A program made the translations under genes and the position numbers. From the NCBI RefSeq assembly GCF_963921235.1, contig NC_086118.1, positions 12,030,001 through 12,094,000 on the forward strand: a stretch of 64,000 bases of DNA. The letters run 5' to 3'. The notes beneath the pieces are model-generated. The model had not been told where the DNA came from. It did no database searches and saw only the letters and a list, made by a program, of their open reading frames with translations. This document shows, piece after piece, positions 11,036 to 24,140 of this stretch (the stretch's first letter is position 1; every line of letters starts with the position of its first letter). This DNA is from Mobula hypostoma. Its lineage: Eukaryota.

Positions 11036-14000
11036 AAACATAAGAACATGAGAAATAGGAGCAGGAGTAAGCCATCTGGCCCGTCAAGCCTGCTCTGCCA
11101 GTTAATAAGATCATAGCTGATCTGGACACGGACTCATCTCCACCTACCTGCCTCTTCCTTAGAATCCTTAATTCTTCTACTATGCAAAAATCTATCCAAC
11201 CTTGTCTTAAATATATTGACTGAGGTTGTCTCCACTGCTTCATTGGGCAGAGAATTCCACAGATTCACCACTCTCTGGCTGGGAAAAGCAGTTCCTCCTA
11301 ATTTCTGTCCTAAATCTACTCCCCGAATCTTGAGGCTTCGTCTCCTAGTTCTAGTCTCACCTACCAGTGGAAACAACTTTCCTGCCTCTATTTTATCTAT
11401 CCCTTTCATAATTTTATATGTTTCTATAAGATCTCCACTCAGTCTTCTGAATTCCACTGAGTACAGTCCCAGGCGACACAATCTCTCCTCATTGTCAAAC
11501 CCCCTCATTTCTGGAATCAACCTGGTGAACCTCCTCTGCACCGCCTCCAAAGCCAGTATATCCTTCCTCAAGTAAGGAGATCAGAACTGCACGCAGTACT
11601 CCAGGTGTGGCCTCACCAGTACCCTGTACAGTTGCAGCATAACCTCCCTGCTCTTGAATTCAATCCCTCTAGTAATGAAGGACAACATTCCATTTGCCTT
11701 CTTGATAGTCTGCTGCTGAACCAACCTTTTGTTATTCACGAACAAGCACTCCCAAGTCTCTCTGCACAGCAGCATATTGCAATTTTTTACTATCTAAATA
11801 ATAATTTGCTCTTCCATTTTTCCTTCCAAATTGGATGACCTCACATTTGCCAGTATTGTACTCCATCTGCCAGACCCTTAACATATCTATATCTCTCTCT
11901 GCAGATTCTTTCTGTACCTTCTGCACAATTTGCTATTCCACTCAATTTAGTATCATTAGCAAACTTAAATACACTATACTCCCTCTTCCAGATTTTTAAT
12001 GTACATCCTGAACAGTTGTGGGCCCGGCACTGTGCTCTTTATATCCTCAAAGAACTCCAGTAAGTTTGTCGAACAGGACCTGCCTTTGCTGAATCCATGC
12101 TTCATTTGCCTGTTGGATCCATTACTTTTCAGATGCCTCGTTATTTCTTCTTTAACGATAACTTCAAGCATTTTCCAAACTACAGATGTTAAACTAACTG
12201 GCCTATAGTTACCCACCTTTTGCCTTCATCCTTTTTTTGAACAGTGGTGTAACATTCACTGTCCTCCAATCTGTCGGGACCTGGCCTGAGTCCAGGGAAT
12301 ACTGGTAAATTATCACCAAAGCTTCTACTATAACTTCTGCCATTTCTTTCAGTATCCTGGGATATGTTCCATCGGGACCAGGGGACTTATCTATCTTCAG
12401 GCCCACAAGTTTGCTCAGCACTACTTCTTTAGTGATAGTTATTGTATCGAGGTTCTCACCTCTCATCGCATCCATAACATCTCTCTTTGGCATGTTAGGT
12501 GTGTCCTCCACCATGAAGACCGACACAAAATAGTCATTCAAAACCTCAGTCATTTCCTCATTACCCAATATCAATTCCCTCTTCTCATCCTCCAAGGGAC
12601 TTATATTCACTTTAGCCACCATTTTCTGCTTTCTATAATTATAAAAACTTTTTACTATCCGTTTTTATATTTTGTGTTAGTTTATTTTCATAATCTATCT
12701 TCCCTTACTCCTCTTTATTGCCCGCTTGGTGGTTCTTTGTTGCTTTTTAAAGTTTTCCCAATCTTCCAGTTTCCCACTACTCTTGGCGACTTTGTATGCA
12801 TGAGCTTTAAGTTTGAAGTCTTCTTTTATTTCCTTAGTTATCCAAGGCGGGCTCTCCCCACTATTACTGTCCTTGCTTTTAACTGGTATATACTTCTGTT
12901 GAATACCATGAAAAATCTCTTTGAAAGTCTTCACTATTCCTCAATCGCCCCACCATAAACCCTGTGTTCCCAGTCTACACTAGCCAAATACTCTCTCATC
13001 CCATTGTAGTCTCCATTGTTTAGGCACAATACACTGGTTTTAGATCAAACTATTACAACTTCCATTCGTATGAGAAATTCAATCATACTGTGATCACTCT
13101 TTCCAAGAGGATCCCTAACTACAAGATCACTAATTTTACCTGTCTCATTGCACAGGGCCAGATCTAAGATAGCACGTTCCCTTGTAGGTTCAGTAATATG
13201 CTGTTCAAGAAAGCCATCACAGTCCCCCTCAAGACTGCCTTAACCAACTTGATTCACCCAATGTATGTGCAAGTTAAAGTCCCCCTTTGATAACTGCTGT
13301 TCTATTCTTACATTCCTCAGATATTTCTCTGTTTATTGCCTGTGCAACTATAATGTTATTATTCGGTGGCCGAATGACAACACCCACCAGTGATTTTTTT
13401 ACTATTGCTAATCTCTACCCAGATGGATTCAACATTCTACTCCTTAGATCTTATATCGTCTCTTACTGTCACTCTGATTTCATCTTTAGTTAAGACCGCT
13501 ACCCCACCTCCATTACCTTCCTGCCTATCCTTCTGTTTTACCTAATATCCTTGGATATTTAATTCCCAATCCTCTCCACCCTGCAACAACATTTCGATAA
13601 TGGCCACTAAATCATACCCTTTTGTACTGATTTGAGCCACAAGTTCACTGACCTTGTTTCGAATACTACGGGCATTCAAATAATGTGCCCTTGCACTCAT
13701 TGTGCTTTTAAACTCTTGTAATCTTCTACTCTTTTGCACTTGAATTTTCACCACTCTGCTCTTACTTTTCTCTTTTTTAACTTCTGTTTTTTCTCTTCTT
13801 TATCCATACTTTTCTCTTTTTACTTTATCCATACTTCTCCAATTTGTTGAACCCACCCCCCTACTATTTAGTTTAAAGCCCTATCCACAGCCCTAGTTAT
13901 GCGATTCGCTCGGATCCAGGTCCCATCACGGTTCAGGTGGAGCCCCTCCCATTGGTACAGCTCCCTCCTTCCCCAGCACTGGTGCCAATTTCCCATGTAT

Positions 14001-15540
14001 TCAAATCCACTTCTCCCACACCAATCCTTCAGCCATGCATTTAACTCTCTACTCTTCTTGACCCTATGCCAATTTGCACAAGGTTTAGGTAGTAATCCAG
14101 AGATTACTGCCTTTTTGGTTCTGCTTTTTAATTTAGTTCCTAGCTGTTCAAGTTCCCTCAGCAGAACCTCTTTCCTTGTTCTACCTATGTCGTTGATACC
14201 CACATGGACCACGACAACTGGATCTTTCCTCTCCCACTGCAAATTCCCCTGCAGGTCAGATAAGATGTCCCAAACCTGGGCACCAGATAGGCAACACTCT
14301 ATCCTCACAACAGAGAACTCTGTCTATTCCCCAGACTATACTATCCCCAATTACCACTACATTTCTCTCCTCTCCCTTCTTTTGAATGGCTCCCTGAACT
14401 ACGGTGCACAGTTAGGTTGCTTATCCTTCCTGCAGCCCCAACTCTCATCTGCACAGGGAGCAAGAATCTCAGACCTGTTGGACAAACTCAAGGGCTGAGA
14501 CTCCTCCAGCACTGTCTCTTAGATCCCACTACCCACCTCAATCACAGTCACATCCTCTTGTTCCTGACCACAGACTGAATTTGAGACAGCTCATCTGATG
14601 GATGTAGCTACCTCCTGAAACAGAGAATCCAAGTAACTCTCCTCCCTGATGTGCCGCAGTGCTTGAAACTCAGATTCCAAGCCATGAACATTGAGCCTGC
14701 ATTCCTTGAGGAGCCAACACTTGCTACAGGTGTAGTTATCAGGAACCGCAGTGAGATCCACCAGCTCCCGCATCACACAGCTACAGTACATCACCCGATC
14801 CTGCATCAACCCTACTTTGCTTAATTAGCTGTAAATTAGTGACTTTTTATTCAAACACTACAAAAGCCTTACCGGCTACTTACCTGTGCCTCCTCGCCAA
14901 ACCCTCTTGAGCCAAAGCCTCAAGTTCTCACTCTTACACTGGTCCACTCACACAATGACTGCTCCACCTTGACACAAACACGAGAAAATCTGCAGAATCT
15001 GGAATTTCAAGCAACACACATAAAAGTTGCTGGTGAATGCAGCATCTCTAGGAAGAGGTATAGTCAACGTTTCAGGCCGAGACCATTTGTCAGGACTAAC
15101 TGAAAGAAGAGCTAGTAAGAGTTTTGAAAGTGGGAGGGGGAGGGAGAGATCCGAAATGATAGGAGAAGACGGGAGGGGGAGAGATGGAGCCAAGAGCTGG
15201 ACAGGTGATTGACAAAAGGGATATGAGAGGATCATGGGACAGGAGGCCTAGGGAGAAAGAAAAGGGGGAGGGGGGAAGCCCAGAGGATGGGCAAGGAGTA
15301 TAGTGAGAAGGACAGAGGGAGAAAAAGGGAGAAAAAGGAGAGAGAGAAAAGAATGTATATATATAATAAATAAATAAGTAACGGATGGGGCGTTGGCCCT
15401 GCTTTACTTTTATTTGCTCCTGCTAATAAATTGTGCAACGATTGGTCTGCTGCTAATGCACCAAGCCCCATGAAATGCTCCTTTATTTAAACTATTCTCC
15501 CCGACCTGTGCGAAGTTCTCTCTCTGTGAAACTCCATATA
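11036..15540 (-). mobile_element. Near full-length decayed CR1 LINE with an internal RT deletion
   Basis: Ordered ORF pieces: zinc-finger ORF1 N-terminus 14591-14809, esterase 13868-14308, APE 13542-13754 ('YLNARSIRNK'), 'KSPGPDG' 12209-12622, 'NYRPVSLTS' 11974-12216 (which jumps from 'FFEDI' to 'GPQLF'), and C-terminus 11134-11571. Confidence 0.9.
14970..15390 (-). mobile_element. Penelope pLTR inserted in the CR1 5' UTR; hammerhead decayed (15062-15097, CTGACAA)
   Basis: Matches the 9169-9545 pLTR sequence. Confidence 0.85.
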
Positions 15541-15569
15541 AAGCCTTCCTGAATGTTTATTTTACACGG

Positions 15570-15890
15570 AGGCATAGTCGTAGGAAATTTCAGCAGACCC
15601 TTCAGCCCATCTAGTCCATGCAAAACCATTTAAATTGCCTATGCCCATCAACCAGTATCAGGACTATAGCCCTCCATACCCCTACCATCCAAGTATCCAT
15701 CTAAACTTCTCTTAAGCATTACAATTGAACTTGCAGGCACCACTAGTGCTGGCAGCTTGTTCCACAGTCTCATGACCTCCTGAGTCAAGAAGCTTCCCCT
15801 CATGTCCCCCTTAAATAGTTCACCTTACACCCTTAACCCATGACCTCTAGTTGTACTCCTACCCAACCTCATTGGAAAAAGTACGTTTGA
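15570..15890 (-). mobile_element. CR1 3' fragment
   Basis: Reverse complement of the CR1 tail family seen at 9930-10226. Confidence 0.7.
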
Positions 15891-15939
15891 GTTAGATTTA
15901 AATTAGGTTGTCCTAAAGACCAGAAAGGGAGCATAAGTG

Positions 15940-16720
15940 TGAAGTGGTTCATTTTGGTAGGTCAAATATGATGACAGAATATAGCATTATTGGTAAAACT
16001 CTTGGCAGTATGGAGGATCAAAGGGATCTGGGGTCCAAGGCCATAGAACACTCAAAGCTGCTACGCAGGTTGACTCTGTGGTTAAGAAGGCATATGGTGC
16101 ATTGGCCTTGATCAACAATTGGATTGAGTTCAAGAGCTGAGAGGTAATGTTGCAGCTATATAGGACACTGGTCAGACCCCACTTGGAGTACTGTGCTCAA
16201 TTCTGGTTGCCTCACTACAGGAAGGACGTAGAAACCATAGAGAGGGTGCGGAGGAAATTTACAAGGATCTTGCCTGGATTGGGGAGCATGCCTTATGAGA
16301 ATAGGTTGAGTGAACTCGGCCTTTTCTTCTTAGAACGACGGAGGATGAGAGGTGACCTGATAGAGGTGTACGAGATAATGAGAGGCATTGATTGTGTGGA
16401 TAGTCAGAGGCCTTTCCCCAGGGCTGAAATGGCTAGCACGAGAGGGTATAGTTTTAAGGTGCTTGGAAGTAGGTACAGAGGAGATGTCAGGGGTAATTTT
16501 TTTACGCAGAGAGTAGTGAGTGTGTGGAACGGGCTGCCGGTGGCGATGGTGGAGGCGGAAACGATAGGGTCTTTTAAGAGGCTCCTGGATGGCGACATGG
16601 AGCTTAGAAGAATAGAGGGTTATGGGTAAAGCCTAGGTAATTCTAAGGTAGGGACATGTTCGGCACAGCTTTGTGGGCCGAAGGGCCTGTATTGTGCTGT
16701 ATACTTTCTACGTTTCTATG
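15940..16720 (+). mobile_element. CR1 3' fragment
   Basis: ORF 16147-16629 'LVRPHLEYCAQFWLPHYRKD...FFTQRVVSVWNGLP'. TTTCTA(C/T)G tail. Confidence 0.9.
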
Positions 16721-18169
16721 GCAGGAGTTGGAAGTTTGTGGAGTTTGGGACGACAGTACAGGCTGGAGGAAAAGAAGACTGAGGGTTATGGGGAAAAGGC
16801 TGGTAGATGGAGCTGAGTCCACAGCCAGATCAACCACGGTCTTCCTGAATGGCAGACCAGGCACTATGGGCCAAATAACCTACTTCTTCTTATGTTCTTA
16901 TAACTATGAATCACAAAAAACAAGGAATAATGTTCTTACGATTATGACTGCTTCTATGGAAGGATCTGGAAAGAAAGCTGAAAATTTTTAAATTTCAAGC
17001 TTCAAAGAAACTTCTTTATACAAAGGTTGATCATTGCAGGGACAGTCAATAATTCAACATGACTAAAGCATGCTGTACAGGCAACAAGTGCGTTTGTGTA
17101 CACGTGGAAGCCAAACTGTGAACCACAGTCAAATCCTTCATGGAAACATGAAACAGCTGTCTTTACACTCAACATCTGCAGGACAACCGTCTTTTCCCAA
17201 TGTGTCTGCTGTGGAATTCTGAGCTCTGAAAGCAACACATCCCTAGAAAATGTGGATCATCTCCCCTATCTCAGCAAAGGCAGATGTCAGTAATAAAATT
17301 TACCGTTGGCTTCAAGTGCACCAGCACAGTCTTTGGTTGACTGGGGAAATGGACACTTTAAGACCAAGACCTTAGGTGTGGCAGAAAATTTACAGTCTCC
17401 CAATAGCAGTGGTCTCACCTTCACGCTTGCTTCTGAGACCTGGACTACCTAAAATAGGCATGTCAGAGCAATAGTAAAATATCACTAATGCTGTCTCCAT
17501 TAAGTCCTCTAATTAAGTCAGAAAGATAAATGGACTAATATTCATGTCCTGTCCCAGGCTTGTGTCCCCAGTACTGAGGCATCTGTTCCTCTCTTTGAGC
17601 TTGTTTGAGCAGGCCCATCACCAACCTGCTTAGATGGATGTTTAGCCTAACCTCTGGCATAGGAGAATGTTACCAAGTGGATGGATGAAAAGATCCCACT
17701 CCAAGTCTCTGAAGAAATGTAGCATCCTCACTGACTTCTCGGAGTCTTTGGCCAAACTCCATTTGAGGTAGAAGAGGAAAATTTGGGGTGGTTTTCAGAA
17801 TCTCAGGTCGATTCATTAGGAATAAGCATAAACCAAGTACACATTTGTACAAGAGCAGGAGTGCTGGGTTTCACAAGCTACCTGCCTCACCTGGCACTTC
17901 CTGCCCCATCTATAGAAGAGTTTGTGGTTCACATGTTGGCTTCATTAGTCATCTTGTATTGAAAAATAATACACTTTGGAAGTGACTCATCCTTGATCCT
18001 GAGAAAATGTTTGAGAAGGAAACCAGTAAAGCAGCCTAGTTTTGTTTCATTGGTAACCCAAATCTGAAGAGCAGATTAGGATGTACTCGGAGCTATGTTT
18101 CCAAATCAAATATTCCACTTGACTCAAGACCCTCTGCTGTGGCTCACCGGTTACTCAACCCAGTGCCAG

Positions 18170-18500
18170 GATATTATGGCTAGAGTCTTCTATGGAATTT
18201 CAAGCACATAATCAAGACTGGCACTCTAGTGTAATATTACTAGATTATTACTCTGTTGAAGTTGTTGAAGTTCCTCTGAGCTGTTAAACTGAGGTCCTGC
18301 CTGTTCCATGGAGTGGATGCAAAATATCCTGTAGCGTTACTTTACTGAGGAATGAGGAGTGCTATCCTAACTGATATTTATCTTGCAACCACCTTCATCA
18401 TTTCGCCATTGTTCATTATTGCTTGTAAGATCTGCTATGTACAAAGTGGCTACAAGATTTCCTACAAAGAGGCTACAAGATTACCTACAATGGTAATAAC
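18170..18500 (+). mobile_element. Old Deu-domain (SacSINE/AmnSINE-like) SINE
   Basis: Resembles the Deu domain as recalled ('TGTTAAACTGAGGTCC...GTGGATGCAAAATATCC...GATATTTATC'). Confidence 0.5.
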
Positions 18501-18539
18501 ACTGGCAAAGTTCAAATACAGTACACATAGCAGTGAGTG

Positions 18540-18810
18540 TGTGATCAACAAACTCCCATAAACAGCAGCGTGATTGTAACCAACTAATCTGCCTTAGTTA
18601 GTTGAGGGAAAAGTCACCTGCAATTTAAAATTGCAACGTGGGATCCGTCATAAGGCAGGACCTCAGTTTAACATCTCATCTGAAAGATCATACCTCTGAC
18701 TGTGCAACCTTATGCAGGAAAGTGCCAGCCGAGGGTTTGTACTCGAGATGTGAACCCACAACCTTCTGACTCAGAGGCAAATATGTTGCCAACTGAGTCC
18801 CAGTTGACGT
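18540..18810 (-). mobile_element. Old Deu-domain SINE, opposite orientation
   Basis: 'GGACCTCAGTTTAACATCTCATCTGAAAGA' is complementary to the 18280-18300 segment. tRNA-like head near 18750-18800. Confidence 0.55.
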
Positions 18811-20324
18811 AGTTTATGCATGTATTAGCATGTTTCCCTGAGTTCCATTTTTGGGTATGCTTATGCATATCTTTTCTTACAGTATTTGTGTCTCTGTGTC
18901 TATGATACATGTCTATGTGCATGAAAGAAGGTCACCCGAATCAATTTTCTGTATGTGTTATACACGTTCCATTTGAGTGATCTGTCTATTGCTTTCTGCA
19001 CTTAATTAGATGAACTTCTGCTCTGGCCTAGTTTTAGCTTTTGGTCATCATTGCCAAAAACAAGTAGATTATTTACTCATTATCAGATATGGTTCATCAG
19101 AAATTGTTATGGACAACTTGGCTCTTGCTTATCCATCCTGACAACTTTCCAAAGACTACTTCACCTGCTATAAAGTGCACTGAGATGTCCTGAAAGGTAC
19201 TTGATGTTCTGTAAGAATGAACATCTCACATTTTCCCATTAATATGATGCATGCGTGTGTCTCACTTGCGTTAAATTTATTTGTCCCTGAGTAAAATGGG
19301 GAGAGTTAACGTGGAGATGTCAGACAACCCCATGTACTCACAGTGGTCCAGAACAGCAACCAGCTGTTTGAACAGAACGGAGTCCTGGAGGTACATGGAT
19401 TTGCTGTGAGACTGGGACGTAAACTCCTTACTGGGCTCTTCATGGAACCCAATAAAATAGTCTTGTCTCACTGTGATTTCCTAACATTACTCGAGGAATC
19501 ATCTTCCATGCCTTGTTTCTGATTTCAATAGGAAATGCTGATTCAGATACAAAGGGGAAAGCAATGTTTTTTTAAATTAGAAGAAAATACATCTTTAACT
19601 ATTTTAATTAAGTTGTTTCTGAATGACAGAGACATTTAAAAGCCAAAGGATCCGCTCCGAGAACAGGAAGCCATGCCTTCGGTCAGATGCTGTTTGGAAG
19701 GTGAGGCCTTTGCACTCCTGTTTGAGTTCTGGTCCATTCACACCTTGTCTCTTAACTTGACAGAGAAACCTGCCCTTGCAATCAACGACCGCATGCAGGC
19801 GGGTGTGACCTGCAAAATCTGACCCAGTATTGTTTGTATAACTTTATACACCTGACACAGCAACATTCCTTGTTAGATGCTCAGAGTTATTTCTTTAACA
19901 TCACACCTATTTAAACACATCTATTCCCACAAGGTAATAGTCACACTGTTACATTTATTTACAGACTTGCAAAAATGTACCTTTCGAGAATCCTCCGCGT
20001 TGTTGGGAGTGCTGTTGCTCCATGCCAGGAATGAGGAAGGAACTGATGATCTAGCAATTAAAGCTGCGAGTGCTCGTGTCCACTTGGTGGATGATGAGTA
20101 GACAGTAACTGGCATGTTTTTAAAAATTAAGCCACCTTTGTACAGATTCTCAAATGAAAATCAATGGAGGATGCTGGAAAAGTGAAACAAAACCAGAAAG
20201 TTCTCAGAACTACTTCTATGTAACTTTTAGTCTTTGCATCATGCTTTCCATCTCTTGTGACGTTTGCTGTGCAGTGCAGAGACTCAGCTCATCAGCATGA
20301 GTTAACATTTCCCTGACGTTTTTG

Positions 20325-21810
20325 CAATCCAGGAGGATGTTTCCTATAATGTGGGAGTCTAGGACCAGCGGGCACAGCCTCAGAATTGAAGTACGCCCCT
20401 TTAGAACAGAGATGAAGAGTAATTTCTTTAGCCAGAGGGAGATGAATCTGTGGAATTCCTTGCCACAGACTGCTGTGAAAGCCAAGTCATTGGGTATTTT
20501 TAAAGCTGAGGTTGCTAGTTTTTTTGATTAGTAAGGGTGTCAAAGGTCACAGACAGAAAGTAAGAGAATGGAGATGAATGGGAAAACAAATCAGTATCAT
20601 AAGGAGGCATTGGGGGCAGATCCAAATGCAAGACACAGACACTGATGTACTAGGAACAGGACTAGGACTAGAGTTAAGCAAGCAAGAGAAATAGAAAAGA
20701 AAGGACACTGGATATGACATAGGCCCTGGATGAGACAAGGATTCAGGGCCTGGGCTAGAACTTGATGAGGATAGCGGAACCAAGACATGGAACTGGGAAC
20801 AAGGAGCCTGGGCTTGGACTCCGAACCAGAGACTGGACAAGGACCCGAAACCTGGGTCTTGACTCTGGCTCGGACCCCGGATCTAGGCGAGGATATGACG
20901 TGGCTACAAGACTGGGTGAGGCTTGGGTTACTCGAGGCGAGGACATGACGAGGCTTGGGTTCGGACTCTGAGCCAGAGACTGGACAAAGACCCAAAACCT
21001 GGATCTCGACTTGGGCTCAGACACCCGAACTAGGCGAAGACATGACGTGGTCTTGGGTAACAGGAACCTCGGAACACAAGGCCGGAATGCAGAGCCTTGG
21101 TCGAGGAAGAGACAGGAACGCAGGGACATGGAACACAGAGCCAGGACCCCTCCTTGGGAAAAGGACGTGGGGCCGGGACTCATGCACAGAACACAGAGCC
21201 AGGACCCCTCCTTGGGAACAGGACATAGGGGCAGGACTCATACACAGAATGCTGAACACAACGAGACAGTTCCCAACACTAGGTAGCGGCAAACAGCCAG
21301 ACCTACCTAGCAGAAGTGTGAACACAGAGATGGTTCCCAACACTAGGTAACGGCAAATGGCCGGACCTCCCTAGTGAAGGCATGGATACAGAGAGACTGT
21401 TCCAAACAACAATAGACAATTCCTTATCTTGTTCCAGCAGTTGAACTTGACAGCAGTGCAGGCGAGGGTTACAGGCAAGGCAAGACTTCAGGCGAGGTGA
21501 GGAGAGGCTCCAGGAGGAAGGTGAAGGGAAGGGATTCAGACAGGGGGTTTTGATGGGAACAATCCAGCAGCCAAGCCCTGGTCTCTAGAGGTAGTTATGT
21601 GTCTGCCCAAACAAGAATCATGTGCCTCAACTAGAGCACCCAACAGAAAAAAGGGAAAACCAGAGAACCTGGAATAAGGAACAATGGACCGGACTGTGAA
21701 CCGGAATCCGGACATCACAGACTGGACTATGACAATCAGCCATGATGAAATAGTGGAGAAAGCTCGAGGGCTGAATGGCCTAATTCTGCTCCTATGCCTT
21801 ATGGTCTAAT
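20325..21810 (+). mobile_element. CR1 3' fragment split by a solo LTR
   Basis: ORF 20322-20531 'ESRTSGHSLRI...NLWNSLP'. The 3' UTR 'AATCAG|CCATGAT' resumes after 21734. Confidence 0.8.
20595..21734. mobile_element. Solo LTR (1140 bp, Gypsy/BEL-type) with internal tandem repeats
   Basis: Termini TATCATA (probably mutated TGTCATA) and TATGACA. 5-bp TSD ATCAG (20590-20594 and 21735-21739). No coding domain. Confidence 0.75.
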
Positions 21811-24140
21811 GCTGATAGAAGGATAGAGAGGAAACATTAGTTCATCATTTTGTTTTCATGCAAGTATGTTGATTTGAAAAAAATAAATTGCTCAGAAGCT
21901 AGTATTGCGAAAGGCAGCACTTCTAGTCAAGCACAGAACAGGAAGATGCTCAGCTCCCAAGTATTGCTCCTCAACTCTAACCACGGAATCTCTCACCCAT
22001 GTTCATTTAGTACAGAAGACAGCCTATACTGTACGGTACTTATGACTTCTTTATGGTCTTACATCATTAAATCCTTCATGATTCTTTGGGCTCGTCACCT
22101 TCAGAGACTGTTTTCCATGAGAATCAAGTGTAGCAGTGCCATATATCAATAACACACAGCTCATTGTTTTCAATAGGATCTTCTTGATATTAATGGCTTT
22201 ACATATTAAACGCATGTCATTTGTCCCCATGCCAATATATTTATGTATATATGTTAGTGGATATTCCACAGAACTGACCTTTGGTTAGATGCAATACATT
22301 CATCTGGTATGCTGAAGCTGACTCTATCTTGGTCCACGTGTACCTTCTCTCTTCCACTCCATGGAATTTTGATTATACACTATTACACACTATTTTTTTA
22401 TATTCTAATCAATATTGTACACACCTATGTGGCACTCCTAGCCCGCTCATATGCCACCTACAACACTTGAAACACCTAAGCCATCTTGAATGTAAATATC
22501 CTGCAGAGTTTATTGTCTTATGCTTCATCACGTGTACAGTACTTCCTTCCCTTGGCTACCAACATTTCTAGCCTTGATTTTAGTGGGGCTGCTGCTTTGC
22601 ATTACTCTGGGAGATAGGTCCATTTCATGTAGCAAACATTGCTTTAGGCTGGACTCCTGGGTTCCACAAATAAAATAATCACCAATCAGATAATCTGCAC
22701 AACTATAATTATCCGCTAACAGTTTTAGCTCTGTTAAAAATTATCAAGAGGTTTTTCCTACTTTTGGTTGCATGCAAATGGTAACAGTCAACTGTTTCAT
22801 TTGGAGATTGTTACAATGCTCTAGTAATGTATCTGTGGGCAATCACATAAAATAGCATCTTCACTTTTGTATGTTCCAGTGAACCTTACATACCCAGCTC
22901 AACATATGATGTAGGATTTCTTCTCTACTCCTCAGACAGGTTACTTGCTGGAAATCTAGTGGTTTAGCCATCTTTATTCCCATTGTACCATCTCACTTAA
23001 ATCACAGGGCTCACAGTGTGTGCCCATGAGGTATCTTCACTTTAAGCACAGAGTCTAAATTTAAAAGTTTCATTTCCGGCACTAGCTTTCTGTCCCTGAG
23101 ATACTAAAGGATAGCTGATGATAACTAAAAAAAGTTGCTTTATTAAACAAGACAACTTACACAGAGACACTTTCAGTACACTGGTTGAACTCAGCAGGTC
23201 GGGCAGCATCAGTCAGAAATAATGAGTCGACGTTTTGGGCCGGAACCCTTCATCAGGACTGAAGAATGAAAGATGAAGAAGGATCTGAAGAATGCTTGTA
23301 GTGTCAGTTGAAAGACTGGTAATTTGAAAGACAAAGGGGTGGGGGAGGGGCAGTATTGACGTCATAGTCCTGAAAACAATGGGTGGTAGAAGAAGGAGGC
23401 AGAAAAATGAGGGAGCTGAGGGAGGGAATAGAGGAAGGGAGGGGGAGGGAATTACCGGAAGTTGGAGAATTCTATGTTCATACCAAGGGGCTAGAGACTA
23501 CCTAGACGGTATATGAGGTGTTGCTCATCCAACCTGAATTTAGCCTCATCATGGCAGTAGAGAAGGATATGTATGGACATATCTGAATGGGAATGGGAAG
23601 CAGTGTTGAAGTGGGTGGCTACCGGGAGATCCTGTCTGTAGTGGTGGACAGAGTGGAGGTGCTCAACGAAGCGGTCTCCCAATCTGCATCGGGCTTTTCG
23701 GATCCAGCACATTATCCTCCGTAACTTCCGCCACCTTCAACAGGACCCCACCACTAAGCACATCTTTCCCTCTCCACCCCTCTCCGCTTTCCGCAGGGAT
23801 CGTTCCCTCTGTGACTCCCTTATCCACATGTCCATCCCCACTGATCTCCCACCCGGCACCTATCCCTGTAAGCGTAAGTGCTACACCTGTCCCTACACCT
23901 CATCTCTTGCAACCATTCAGGGTCCCAAACAGTCCTTCCAGGTGAGGCAACACTTCACTTGTGAGTCTGTTGGGGTCATCTATTGCATCCGGTGCTCCCA
24001 GTGCGGCCTCCTCTACATCGATGAAACCCGACGCAGATTGGCAGACCGCTTCGTCGAGCACCTCCACTCCGTCCGCCACAACAGACAGGATCTCCCGGTA
24101 GCCACCCACTTCAACTCTGCTTCCCATTCCCATTCAGATA

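Noticed and set aside
17002..17293. Short ORFs in non-repetitive DNA (also 19877-20115)
   Set aside because: No recognisable homology or consistent splice and frame support.
19340..19537. Possible minus-strand exon with a good acceptor (TTTCCCCTTTGTATCTGAATCAG) and donor (GTGAGT)
   Set aside because: All three reading frames contain stop codons and I recognise no protein. A non-coding exon cannot be supported from sequence alone.
20547..21350. Many overlapping ORFs and repeat units that look CRISPR-like
   Set aside because: They are tandem duplications inside an LTR. There are no unique spacers or cas genes, and the context is eukaryotic.
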